Positions 50,683-58,601 of a DNA stretch of 64,000 nt are shown here, in pieces. Source of the DNA: Alkalispirochaeta sp. Its GTDB lineage: Bacteria; Spirochaetota; Spirochaetia; DSM-27196; Alkalispirochaetaceae. Location: assembly GCA_965242725.1 (NCBI GenBank), contig CBDESZ010000018.1, positions 288,001 through 352,000 of the forward strand. Direction: 5' to 3'. Position 1 is the first letter of the stretch, and the number at the start of each line of letters is the position of its first letter. The notes under the pieces were generated by a model. That model made no database searches, was not told the DNA's origin, and was given only the letters and a program-made list of their open reading frames with translations. The position numbers were made by a program, and so were the translations under genes.

Positions 50683-51824
50683 GAATCCTGTTGCTGCCTT
50701 GCGAGAGAATTGGCGTCCACCGCCTTGGCGATAAAGAGACTTTTTGTCTGGGCAAGATCAACTTCCGGTCCGTTGTCGTTAATATATTCTCTTCCGTTCC
50801 CGTCGATAATGATTTTCACCCGCGGTTTGAGGGGCGTGGTGCTTCTGTTCTCTATGACCCGGCACACGCTGGAGTCGCTGAGCAGTACAATACTCCCGAT
50901 GGGATATATTCCGAGGACCTGAATAAATGCCTTGAGAACTTCCGGGTCAAAACGCGTGCCGTTGTCACTGAGGAGATTTCTCATCGCCGTATAGCCGATC
51001 ATGGAACTGCGATAGGGTTTGTGTGAAACCATTGCGATGAAGGAGTCGGCGACGGCGATGATACGTCCTTCAATCCGGATACGTTCCCTGCCGTTGCGGC
51101 GGGGATAGCCCTGTCCGTCCCATCGTTCATGGTGCTGCAGGGCTGCTATGCCGATCTCTTCGGGGTATCCCAGTTCCCGGACGATGATTTTAAAGGAGTG
51201 TACCGGATGGGTCTGCATCTGCCGCTTCTCATCGACCGAAAGGGATCCCTTCTTATTGATTATCTCGGGGCTCACGCGGAGCATTCCGATGTCCCGCAGG
51301 AGCGCCGCGGTACAGAGCATCATCACCTTGTGACGGGTCATTTTGAGCTTCTGACCGACCAGCACCGAAAGAATCGCTCCGTTCAGCGCGTTTTCAACCT
51401 CGCCGGTGTCGCCCTGCATGCCGTAGAGAATGTATTGAATGAGATTGGGTCCGTGGGCATCTACAATGCCGATGAGCCGGTCAACGATACGATTCAGCCG
51501 CTCCTGTTCGATCTCCTCTGCCGCCCGAAGCCGGCCGAAGAGTTCCCGAAGACTCCGTTGCAGCTCATTGTAGACACCGACCGCCGCCTTGTGTTCCGGT
51601 TTGTTGAAGGCCTGAAGAAAGAACGCATTAAAGCCGGAGTGGGGATCATCGGAAATGACATCTCCATCACAATAGACGTGGGTCACGTTCCAGCGCCGGA
51701 GGCGTTCAATGTCCCGTTGCCGTATGGGAACGCCCTCGGGTACGAAGAGGTTCTCGTCTTCGATGTACACAGGCTTGGAATACCTCTGCCCAGGTGACAG
51801 TTTATCAACGTCGATTGTTTTCAT
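50679..51824 (-). CDS. HD-GYP domain protein (HD dyad altered to RD)
   Basis: LLRDIGM, HHERWDGQGYP, IAVADSF, KPYR, C-terminal IYPIGSIVLL domain. Confidence 0.88.
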   Translation of the reverse strand: MKTIDVDKLSPGQRYSKPVYIEDENLFVPEGVPIRQRDIERLRRWNVTHVYCDGDVISDDPHSGFNAFFLQAFNKPEHKAAVGVYNELQRSLRELFGRLRAAEEIEQERLNRIVDRLIGIVDAHGPNLIQYILYGMQGDTGEVENALNGAILSVLVGQKLKMTRHKVMMLCTAALLRDIGMLRVSPEIINKKGSLSVDEKRQMQTHPVHSFKIIVRELGYPEEIGIAALQHHERWDGQGYPRRNGRERIRIEGRIIAVADSFIAMVSHKPYRSSMIGYTAMRNLLSDNGTRFDPEVLKAFIQVLGIYPIGSIVLLSDSSVCRVIENRSTTPLKPRVKIIIDGNGREYINDNGPEVDLAQTKSLFIAKAVDANSLARQQQDS

Positions 51825-52102
51825 TTGCTGGTTTCAGGCCTTACATTTTTATCGAGTGACATAATATACGCAAAAATAGTTGCGATCGGCTGGTACAGTT
51901 CAAACGGAACAACATCGCCCGGATCCAGATAGACCAACCGGTCGGCGAGTTCCTCGTCCGAGAGTACCGGCACGTTCCATTCCCGCGCCGTATCAACCAG
52001 TTTTTCCGCCAGATGACCACGTCCCGTCGCCGCTACAAATGGCGCCGGAAGGTTCCGATCATATCGAAGAGCCGCTGCGATCCGTCTATCCATAATGATC
52101 AA
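51821..52102 (-). CDS. FlhB C-terminal-like protein (YlqH/FlhX, EscU/YscU/HrcU family)
   Basis: AAALRYD..APFVAATGRGHLAEKL..VP..LYQPIATIFAYI. Confidence 0.85.
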   Translation of the reverse strand: MIIMDRRIAAALRYDRNLPAPFVAATGRGHLAEKLVDTAREWNVPVLSDEELADRLVYLDPGDVVPFELYQPIATIFAYIMSLDKNVRPETSK

Positions 52103-53150
52103 TCCCGCGGAGTGCTCCCGCTTCCCCGTGAAACGGGAAACCGCCTTCGTTCTCGACTTTCACAGTATGGCCCGTAAAACCGAGTGTCGCAAGTAGGTCC
52201 ACAGGCGGATCTCCCGTCGAACCTTCCGTTCCCGCTCCGTCCAGCACGGGTGTACCGCCGCCGGCCGGTACCGTCCAGGAAAACCACCAGCGTCCGCCGT
52301 CACGGTCGACCGAAAGGAGCGCACGGCGAGGTTTCATCGTCGCCGGCTCAAGGGCGATCTTCAATACCGCATCGAGAGAGGTACCGTCCCTTTTTCCCGC
52401 CGTGCCCCGAATGGGGATGACAATCCAGTGATAATCACCCGTTGCGGGACGGAGTACGTTGAAGAGTTGCAATGGGTGGACAGGACGTGAGCTCCGTCGG
52501 GTGCAATAACGACGCAGACGTTGTGTATCGATGAGGTGGGAACTTCCCTTTTCGCTTTCTTGTTGCCGAGAGGGGTCCCGGGACCGACGTTGGTCTCCAC
52601 CGTCAAACCAGCCGATCATTTCACGGACCATATCCTCATTGGCGTCGGCCGGTCCCAGCTCCCTGTCCGCCGCCTCTACCGCCCACCGGGCGGCAGTTCG
52701 GTCGAAACGGCCCGATTTTCTCAGGACGCGGACAGCCCGTTGTATGAGGTCGTGGGTAATCTTTTTCCCTGACGACAGAATCGCGTGAATAATGAATGCG
52801 GTTTCCCGTGTATCGGAAAGACCGAAGATGTGAATGACTTTTTGAACGGCCGAATCATTTCCGCCGGCTGTGGCATATTCCCCACGGGGCAGGCCGTTGC
52901 GCCGGAGAATTTTCAATACCACGTCGCCCTTCAGGCGTGTGAGCTCCGCCAGGACGACATCGCCGACCTTCAGCTCCGCCTCATTGCGAGCGGTGAGATT
53001 CAGTGTCTGAGACTGTAAATGAACGAAACCTGCCCGTACGGCGGATACACGATACACGGCCGGGCGCCCACCGTCTGCATTCTGAATTCGGTGGGCACCG
53101 AAGAAACGAATCTCCCTGAGTATCGCGCCTTGACGGGCAAACTCATTCAC
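52086..53150 (-). CDS. Hypothetical protein, possibly FliK/YlqG-like
   Basis: 354 aa between rplS and the FlhB-C gene; beta-rich C-terminus WIVIPI..VLKIAL..RWWFSW. Confidence 0.55.
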   Translation of the reverse strand: MNEFARQGAILREIRFFGAHRIQNADGGRPAVYRVSAVRAGFVHLQSQTLNLTARNEAELKVGDVVLAELTRLKGDVVLKILRRNGLPRGEYATAGGNDSAVQKVIHIFGLSDTRETAFIIHAILSSGKKITHDLIQRAVRVLRKSGRFDRTAARWAVEAADRELGPADANEDMVREMIGWFDGGDQRRSRDPSRQQESEKGSSHLIDTQRLRRYCTRRSSRPVHPLQLFNVLRPATGDYHWIVIPIRGTAGKRDGTSLDAVLKIALEPATMKPRRALLSVDRDGGRWWFSWTVPAGGGTPVLDGAGTEGSTGDPPVDLLATLGFTGHTVKVENEGGFPFHGEAGALRGIDHYG

Positions 53151-53166
53151 CGCATCGGAAACCTGT

Positions 53167-53532
53167 TCAGGTGTTCTTCTTTTTCCGAATCAATTCCGCG
53201 ACCTTGGCGGCTTTCCCGACACGGTCACGAATATAGTAGAGCTTGGCGCGTCGTACACGACCGCGACGCACGACTTCGATCCGCTGGACCCGGGGACTGT
53301 GTACGGGGAATACCCGTTCCACCCCGACGCCGTAACTGAGTTTTCTTACCGTTATGGAACGATTTACCCCGCTGCCGCGACGGGCAATGACAAGCCCTTC
53401 ATAGATCTGCGTCCGTTCCGTTTTTCCTTCGACAATACGAAAGTGAATTTTTACGGTATCACCTATACGAAAATCATCGACCGATTCCTTCACCTGCCGT
53501 GCTTCAACCGTCTTTATTGCGTCCATGATCAC
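53167..53532 (-). CDS. rplS: 50S ribosomal protein L19
   Basis: FRIGDTVK, GVGVERVFPVHSP, VRRAKLYYIR. Confidence 0.97.
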   Translation of the reverse strand: MIMDAIKTVEARQVKESVDDFRIGDTVKIHFRIVEGKTERTQIYEGLVIARRGSGVNRSITVRKLSYGVGVERVFPVHSPRVQRIEVVRRGRVRRAKLYYIRDRVGKAAKVAELIRKKKNT

Positions 53533-54269
53533 TCCTTATCCCGTTCCACAATATCTTCAATATCTGCCCGATCTTCGGCGCTCAACTGGACGCCGGAAAG
53601 CAGATCGGGACGGTACTTCGCCGTCTTGCGCAGTTTCTCGCGACGACGCCACCGGTTTATCTTTTCATGGTGTCCCGACAGGAGAACTTCCGGTACGGAA
53701 CGACCGCGAAAACTGACGGGACGCGTATAGTGAGGATGTTCCAGGAGGCCGTCCTGAAAACTGTCCTCTACGACACTTTCCCGTTTGATCACACCCGTAC
53801 GCAGTCTATAGACCGCGTCGATAATGACCATCGTCGCCAGTTCTCCCGACGACAATACATAATCACCGATCGATATCTCTTCATCGACGTATTCGTCGAT
53901 GATGCGTTGATCGATTCCTTCATATCGCCCGCAAATGAAGACGATATCATCACGTTCAGCAAGCCTCTGGGCGTGCTCCTGGGTAAATCTGATACCCGAG
54001 GGACTTGGAAATACCACGTGACGACGGTGTGCGTCAACCGAGTCAAGGGCCGCCGCCAGCGGTTCCGGCAGGAGAACCATTCCCGCCCCACCTCCATAGG
54101 GTGAGTCGTCACAGGAGCGGTGCCTGTCCAGGGCGAAGTCCCGAATGTTTATGACATCCGGCGTCACCGCTCCTCTGGAGACCGTTTTCCCCAGAATGGA
54201 CGTCTCAAAGTATTGAACAAGCATCTCCGGAAACAACGAAAGTACGCTTATTCTGAGTCCAGTATCCAT
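53529..54269 (-). CDS. trmD: tRNA (guanine37-N1)-methyltransferase
   Basis: SLFPE, PYGGGAGM, CGRYEGIDQR, SIGDYVLSSGE, PHYTRP. Confidence 0.97.
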   Translation of the reverse strand: MDTGLRISVLSLFPEMLVQYFETSILGKTVSRGAVTPDVINIRDFALDRHRSCDDSPYGGGAGMVLLPEPLAAALDSVDAHRRHVVFPSPSGIRFTQEHAQRLAERDDIVFICGRYEGIDQRIIDEYVDEEISIGDYVLSSGELATMVIIDAVYRLRTGVIKRESVVEDSFQDGLLEHPHYTRPVSFRGRSVPEVLLSGHHEKINRWRRREKLRKTAKYRPDLLSGVQLSAEDRADIEDIVERDKE

Positions 54270-54775
54270 GGTTCCTTAAGGGTGATCCGTTTCCCCTGAA
54301 GGTCAACGGACTGGATAAACTTGTTCATAAACGGTACGAATACACGCTTCTCACGTCGTTCCGTCGTATCATTGTCCGACAGTTCCACTTCCAGGAGGGG
54401 CGCCTGTGCTCCCTCAACCACTGAAAGTACTACGCCGGCACTGCCGTTCTCGCCGAATACCGACGATCCGATCAGATCCGCCACATAGTATTCGTCGTCT
54501 CCAAGGGGCGCAGCCTCAGTTCGCGACACCCTCATCTCCCACCCCAGATACTTCTTTGCCGCTTCCGGTGTCGTCACGCCTTCAAAGGTGACGACGGGAA
54601 CTCCGTTGTGTACGGCGACTGCTTCGATGCGCATAGTCAGCGTCTTGTCCGAAGCAACCAGTTCAACATCTCTGAGGTTGCGAAAGTGGTCGGCTTCCCC
54701 GGAATAGGACTCCACCTTGATGGCGCCCCTGATTCCGTGAGTTCTGCGCAGTACGCCGATGAGCAGGGAATTCAC
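54248..54775 (-). CDS. rimM: Ribosome maturation factor RimM
   Basis: HGIRGAIKV, EYYVADLIG, FVPF; GTG start inferred. Confidence 0.92.
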   Translation of the reverse strand: MNSLLIGVLRRTHGIRGAIKVESYSGEADHFRNLRDVELVASDKTLTMRIEAVAVHNGVPVVTFEGVTTPEAAKKYLGWEMRVSRTEAAPLGDDEYYVADLIGSSVFGENGSAGVVLSVVEGAQAPLLEVELSDNDTTERREKRVFVPFMNKFIQSVDLQGKRITLKEPWILDSE

Positions 54776-54785
54776 GACGACGAGC

Positions 54786-55019
54786 TCAGTCCAGGATCTC
54801 CAGAACCACTCGTTTACCCGTACGGGTGGAGACGGCGGCGAGCACGGTACGCACGGCCTTTGCGATACGTCCGTGTTTGCCGATGACCTTGCCCACATCG
54901 TCCGGAGAGACCTTGAGCTCCAATATCGTCGATTTCTCCCCTTCGATCATGTTTACTTCTACGCCGTCAGGGTCGTCAACCAACGCTTTCGCTATGTATT
55001 CAACCAGTTCTCGTTCCAC
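54786..55019 (-). CDS. khpA: KH-domain RNA-binding protein
   Basis: ELVEYIAKALVD, DVGKVIGKHGR; lies between rpsP and rimM. Confidence 0.93.
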   Translation of the reverse strand: MERELVEYIAKALVDDPDGVEVNMIEGEKSTILELKVSPDDVGKVIGKHGRIAKAVRTVLAAVSTRTGKRVVLEILD

Positions 55020-55045
55020 GATGTTCTACTCCTATTCCGTATGCG

Positions 55046-55300
55046 TTATTTTACGTGAAAATCGCTGCGGTTTAGGAGTTTCCGGACGGTATCGGTCGGC
55101 TGTGCACCCTTTTGAAGCCATTGCCGCACTTTTTCTTCATCAAATCGAACCTGATCGGATTCATTGGTTTCAATTGGATGATACAGTCCAACCTCATCAA
55201 GGGCGCGACCGTCACGGGGTGCCCTGCTGTCCACAACAACGATTCGGTAAAATGGCCGTTTTTTCGTCCCAAAGCGTTTCAGCCTTATCTTTGTGCTCAT
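55046..55300 (-). CDS. rpsP: 30S ribosomal protein S16
   Basis: [33 protein letters not shown]. Confidence 0.97.
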   Translation of the reverse strand: MSTKIRLKRFGTKKRPFYRIVVVDSRAPRDGRALDEVGLYHPIETNESDQVRFDEEKVRQWLQKGAQPTDTVRKLLNRSDFHVK

Positions 55301-55318
55301 TTCATTCCTCCTGAGTTT

Positions 55319-56653
55319 CTACATCCGGCCCATCTGCGACATCAGCTTGGCCTGGTATTTCTTGTTTTTCGTCATCTTTTTCATCATGCCCCGCATCTTG
55401 TCGAATCTGCGGATCAGTTGATTCACTTCAAATACGGACGTACCGCTCCCGCCGGCGATTCTTTTACGCCGGCTGGCACCGATTATCCGGTGGTTGTCCC
55501 GTTCTTCAGGGGTCATCGACAAAATTATCGCTTCTTCCCGCTTGATTTTATCCATATCGATCTGGTCCGGATCGATTTGCCCCTTCATGCCCGGGATCAT
55601 TTCCATGAGAGACTGGACCGATCCCATTTTTCGTACCCGCTGGAACTGTTCCAGATAGTCCCCGAGGGTGAAGGTCGCGGAGGCCATCTTTTTCTGCAAC
55701 GCCGCCGCATCTTCCTCGTTGATCGTCTCCTGCGCTTTTTCGACGAGGGTGACCACGTCGCCCATGCCGAGAATACGCGAAGCGATCCGTTCCGGATAGA
55801 ACGGCTCCAGATCTTCCGGCTTTTCGCCGACACCGATAAATTTTATGGGCGTCCCGGCGATCGTTTTTATAGACAACGCCGCGCCGCCGCGGGTGTCACT
55901 GTCAAATTTGCTGAGGATGACGCCGGTCAGCTCGAGACGTTCATGAAACGCCTTGGCCACATCCACCGCATTCTGTCCGGTCATCGCATCTGCAACGAGG
56001 ATTCGTTCATCCGGTTTTGCGAGCCTCGCCACCCCATGGATTTCATCCATGAGCGCCTCATCCACCTGCATGCGCCCTGCAGTGTCGATAATGAGGGTAT
56101 CGTACTGTTCCTTTTTTGCGCGACGCTGTGCTTCCTTGACGACTTTCAGCGGGTCCGATGCGTCGGTGACGGCATGAACCGCCACCCCGATCTGCGCTCC
56201 CAGCTGCTGCAGCTGATCGACCGCCGCCGGCCGTACCAGGTCCGCGGCAACGAGAAGGGGTTTACGGCCCTCTTTTTGCAGACGCCGGGCGAGTTTTGCC
56301 GCCGTCGTCGTCTTCCCGGAACCCTGCAGCCCGGCAAAGAGAATGACACTGGTGACGTCGGGCCCGCGAAGGACGAGATCCTGCCGTTCATCCCCGAGGA
56401 ATTCGACGAGCCGATCATGTACGATCTTGACAAACTGCTGGCCCGGAGAGACGGCACGCAACACCGATTCACCCGTTGCGTCACGGAGAGTTCGACTTAC
56501 AAATCGTCGGACGACTTTGAGACTGACATCCGCTTCCAGCAAGGCAACTTTTATCTCCTCAACAGCGTCCTGTACGTTTTTCTCGCTGATGCGGTCCTTG
56601 CCTGAGATGGATCGTAATGTTTCCGTCAGTTTTGTACTCAGTCTATCCAACAT
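55319..56653 (-). CDS. ffh: Signal recognition particle protein
   Basis: ALLEADV, GLQGSGKTT, DTAGR, RGGAALS, Met-rich M domain. Confidence 0.98.
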   Translation of the reverse strand: MLDRLSTKLTETLRSISGKDRISEKNVQDAVEEIKVALLEADVSLKVVRRFVSRTLRDATGESVLRAVSPGQQFVKIVHDRLVEFLGDERQDLVLRGPDVTSVILFAGLQGSGKTTTAAKLARRLQKEGRKPLLVAADLVRPAAVDQLQQLGAQIGVAVHAVTDASDPLKVVKEAQRRAKKEQYDTLIIDTAGRMQVDEALMDEIHGVARLAKPDERILVADAMTGQNAVDVAKAFHERLELTGVILSKFDSDTRGGAALSIKTIAGTPIKFIGVGEKPEDLEPFYPERIASRILGMGDVVTLVEKAQETINEEDAAALQKKMASATFTLGDYLEQFQRVRKMGSVQSLMEMIPGMKGQIDPDQIDMDKIKREEAIILSMTPEERDNHRIIGASRRKRIAGGSGTSVFEVNQLIRRFDKMRGMMKKMTKNKKYQAKLMSQMGRM

Positions 56654-56679
56654 ACTTTGTCCGTTCGAGTCGAACGATA

Positions 56680-56708
56680 GTTATAAAAAATACCGGTCCC
56701 GGTGTCAA
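56680..56708 (-). promoter_or_regulatory. sigma70 promoter of the ffh-rpsP operon
   Basis: TTGACA-N17-TATAAC. Confidence 0.75.
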
Positions 56709-56728
56709 TCCGGGCTTCCCGTTCCACA

Positions 56729-58270
56729 TTATCGAATATAGAAAAAATGGCGTTTCAGATATCTCTCACGCTCCTCTGCCCGCTCGAGATATGAGCTGAA
56801 GGGATACCTTCGGATCAGTGTCTCATACAGCTCAAGCGCGTATTCCACATCCCGGGACGGCCCGGTGACATCATGAAACCGGGCAAGGCGAAAGAGAACT
56901 TCATCGGACTGCCAGCGGGGAGTCTGCCAAAGCGTTTCCAGAAGCGGGCCCGCGGCGTCCCACCGCTCTTCCTCCGTCAGGAGATCCACATACGCGACCA
57001 TTTCCTCAATGGTCAGATTCGCGGTCTCTTCTCCCTCTTCCCGCACGGACGCTATGAGGCGGGAATGGGTGTCGGCGTCAAAGGGGGTGAGCTCGCCGAT
57101 CGGACCGGTATTCGCTTCCGCCGCAGCGGTCATGGTTTCGGAAGCCGTCGCGGAATCGGCTCCACCTCCCCCTGCGGCCGACGGGCGTTCACCGTCGCCG
57201 CGCCCGTTTTGCGCCGCCGCCCGTTCCGCTGGAGCGTCACCGACTGCAATGAACTCCTCGTGGACGGTCCGAGTTCCCGTTGTAAGATCCTGAGATTCAA
57301 ATGAGAGATGGGCGGGACCGGTTACCCGGAAGAGAAAGTTTGTCGCCGAGAGATCTGGGGCAGTTTCCCGTGAAAGAAACTCGGAATTGCCCGAGCTCCG
57401 CAGGAAGAGCCATGAAGGTCCCGGAAGGGTGACTCGCACGACATCCCCGGGCGCCGCCGTCCGCCGGGAAGTCGACGCCTCTTCAGGGTCCGCCGTTTCC
57501 CGCAACGCAGGAGAAGGTGGACCTCCGTCGGCCTGGGAAATGTCCTTCCTTCCGCTCACCCGGGGGACTTCCCGTTCCCGCGTGTTTTCCACCGGAACGG
57601 TCGGTCCCGGGGGAAGCGTGCCGGGGGTATCCTCATCGTCACCGGCGCCAACCTCCGTGGTTACAGTCTCCGTCGTTTCGAGCGCTGCAGCTTCCGCCAC
57701 GGGACTACCTTCGCTGTCCGAACGGTCCTCTTCCCGATCCGGCGGGATCGTGAGATTTTGCGACGCTGCCTCACTTGTCGCGGGGGACGAACGGGATGTT
57801 TCCGCCGGTTCCGTATATGCATCGTTGACGGCAGCGCGTTCTGGAAACACGTCGATGTCGGGCAGGCTGCGGGCCACCGTCGTGCCGACCGGGCCGTCCG
57901 CCGACGTGCGAAGGGATGGAGACTTCTCAGGCAGAGGCGTCCACGGGAGGGGAAGAAGAAGGTCCGCAGCATGCGGTATGGATGCCGATCGTGGCGCCGC
58001 CGGACCAGGCGGCAACAATCGTGGCAGCCCCGGCTCACCGGCACTCGTCCGTTCCGGCGGCATACCGGCTGCGCGCCGTGTTTCGGCGGAATCTATTTCC
58101 GCGGGTGTTATTTCTGCCGGCTCCATTCCAGCCGGTTCGGTTTCTTCCGCTGCCGTCCCGCCGACGGATTCCGTCCGTACCGGCGCTGAGACTTCGACAC
58201 CGGAGGGAACGCTCTCACAGGCGACAAGGGAGAGGGCGATAATGACCATGAGAATCGCCTCTCTATTCAT
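56729..58270 (-). CDS. Lipoprotein with long Pro/Ala/Glu/Thr-rich linker and C-terminal TPR
   Basis: Lipobox LVA-C; low-complexity middle; C-terminal TPR (VLFRLARFH..ALELYETLIRRYPFS). Confidence 0.7.
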   Translation of the reverse strand: MNREAILMVIIALSLVACESVPSGVEVSAPVRTESVGGTAAEETEPAGMEPAEITPAEIDSAETRRAAGMPPERTSAGEPGLPRLLPPGPAAPRSASIPHAADLLLPLPWTPLPEKSPSLRTSADGPVGTTVARSLPDIDVFPERAAVNDAYTEPAETSRSSPATSEAASQNLTIPPDREEDRSDSEGSPVAEAAALETTETVTTEVGAGDDEDTPGTLPPGPTVPVENTREREVPRVSGRKDISQADGGPPSPALRETADPEEASTSRRTAAPGDVVRVTLPGPSWLFLRSSGNSEFLSRETAPDLSATNFLFRVTGPAHLSFESQDLTTGTRTVHEEFIAVGDAPAERAAAQNGRGDGERPSAAGGGGADSATASETMTAAAEANTGPIGELTPFDADTHSRLIASVREEGEETANLTIEEMVAYVDLLTEEERWDAAGPLLETLWQTPRWQSDEVLFRLARFHDVTGPSRDVEYALELYETLIRRYPFSSYLERAEERERYLKRHFFYIR

Positions 58271-58601
58271 CGAACAGGAACTCCTCTATCCGTTCTTCGC
58301 TGCGTATGCGGAACGTGCGCTCCACCACTTCAGGAAGGTCGATGGACACGTCGTCCACAATCTCCTCCGGGAGTGGCTCCCCGGGGTTTATATACCACGT
58401 GAATTGCGGCTGCAGCACCTGTTCTTCCACCGAAGGCAGGGTGAATGAATCGTCCGGCAGGAGAAGCTCCCGATCGGCATAGTCGCCAACATCCTGCACT
58501 TCACCGTCGGAACCGCCTCTGACAAGGAGAAATACGGCGATCCCCAGCAGCGCAAGAGTCGCGATTCCGCCAAGCAGTGCGACCCTCCCGATCTTCATCA
58601 C
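58263..58601 (-). CDS. Small membrane-anchored hypothetical protein
   Basis: N-terminal TM, acidic remainder; overlaps the smc stop. Confidence 0.6.
   Translation of the reverse strand: MMKIGRVALLGGIATLALLGIAVFLLVRGGSDGEVQDVGDYADRELLLPDDSFTLPSVEEQVLQPQFTWYINPGEPLPEEIVDDVSIDLPEVVERTFRIRSEERIEEFLFDE

Noticed and set aside
55112..56605. 497-aa plus-strand ORF and similar long antisense ORFs (24375..25514, 58736..59872, 57387..58448, 34813..35787)
   Set aside because: Shadow frames opposite well-supported genes in GC-rich DNA; no motifs or start signals
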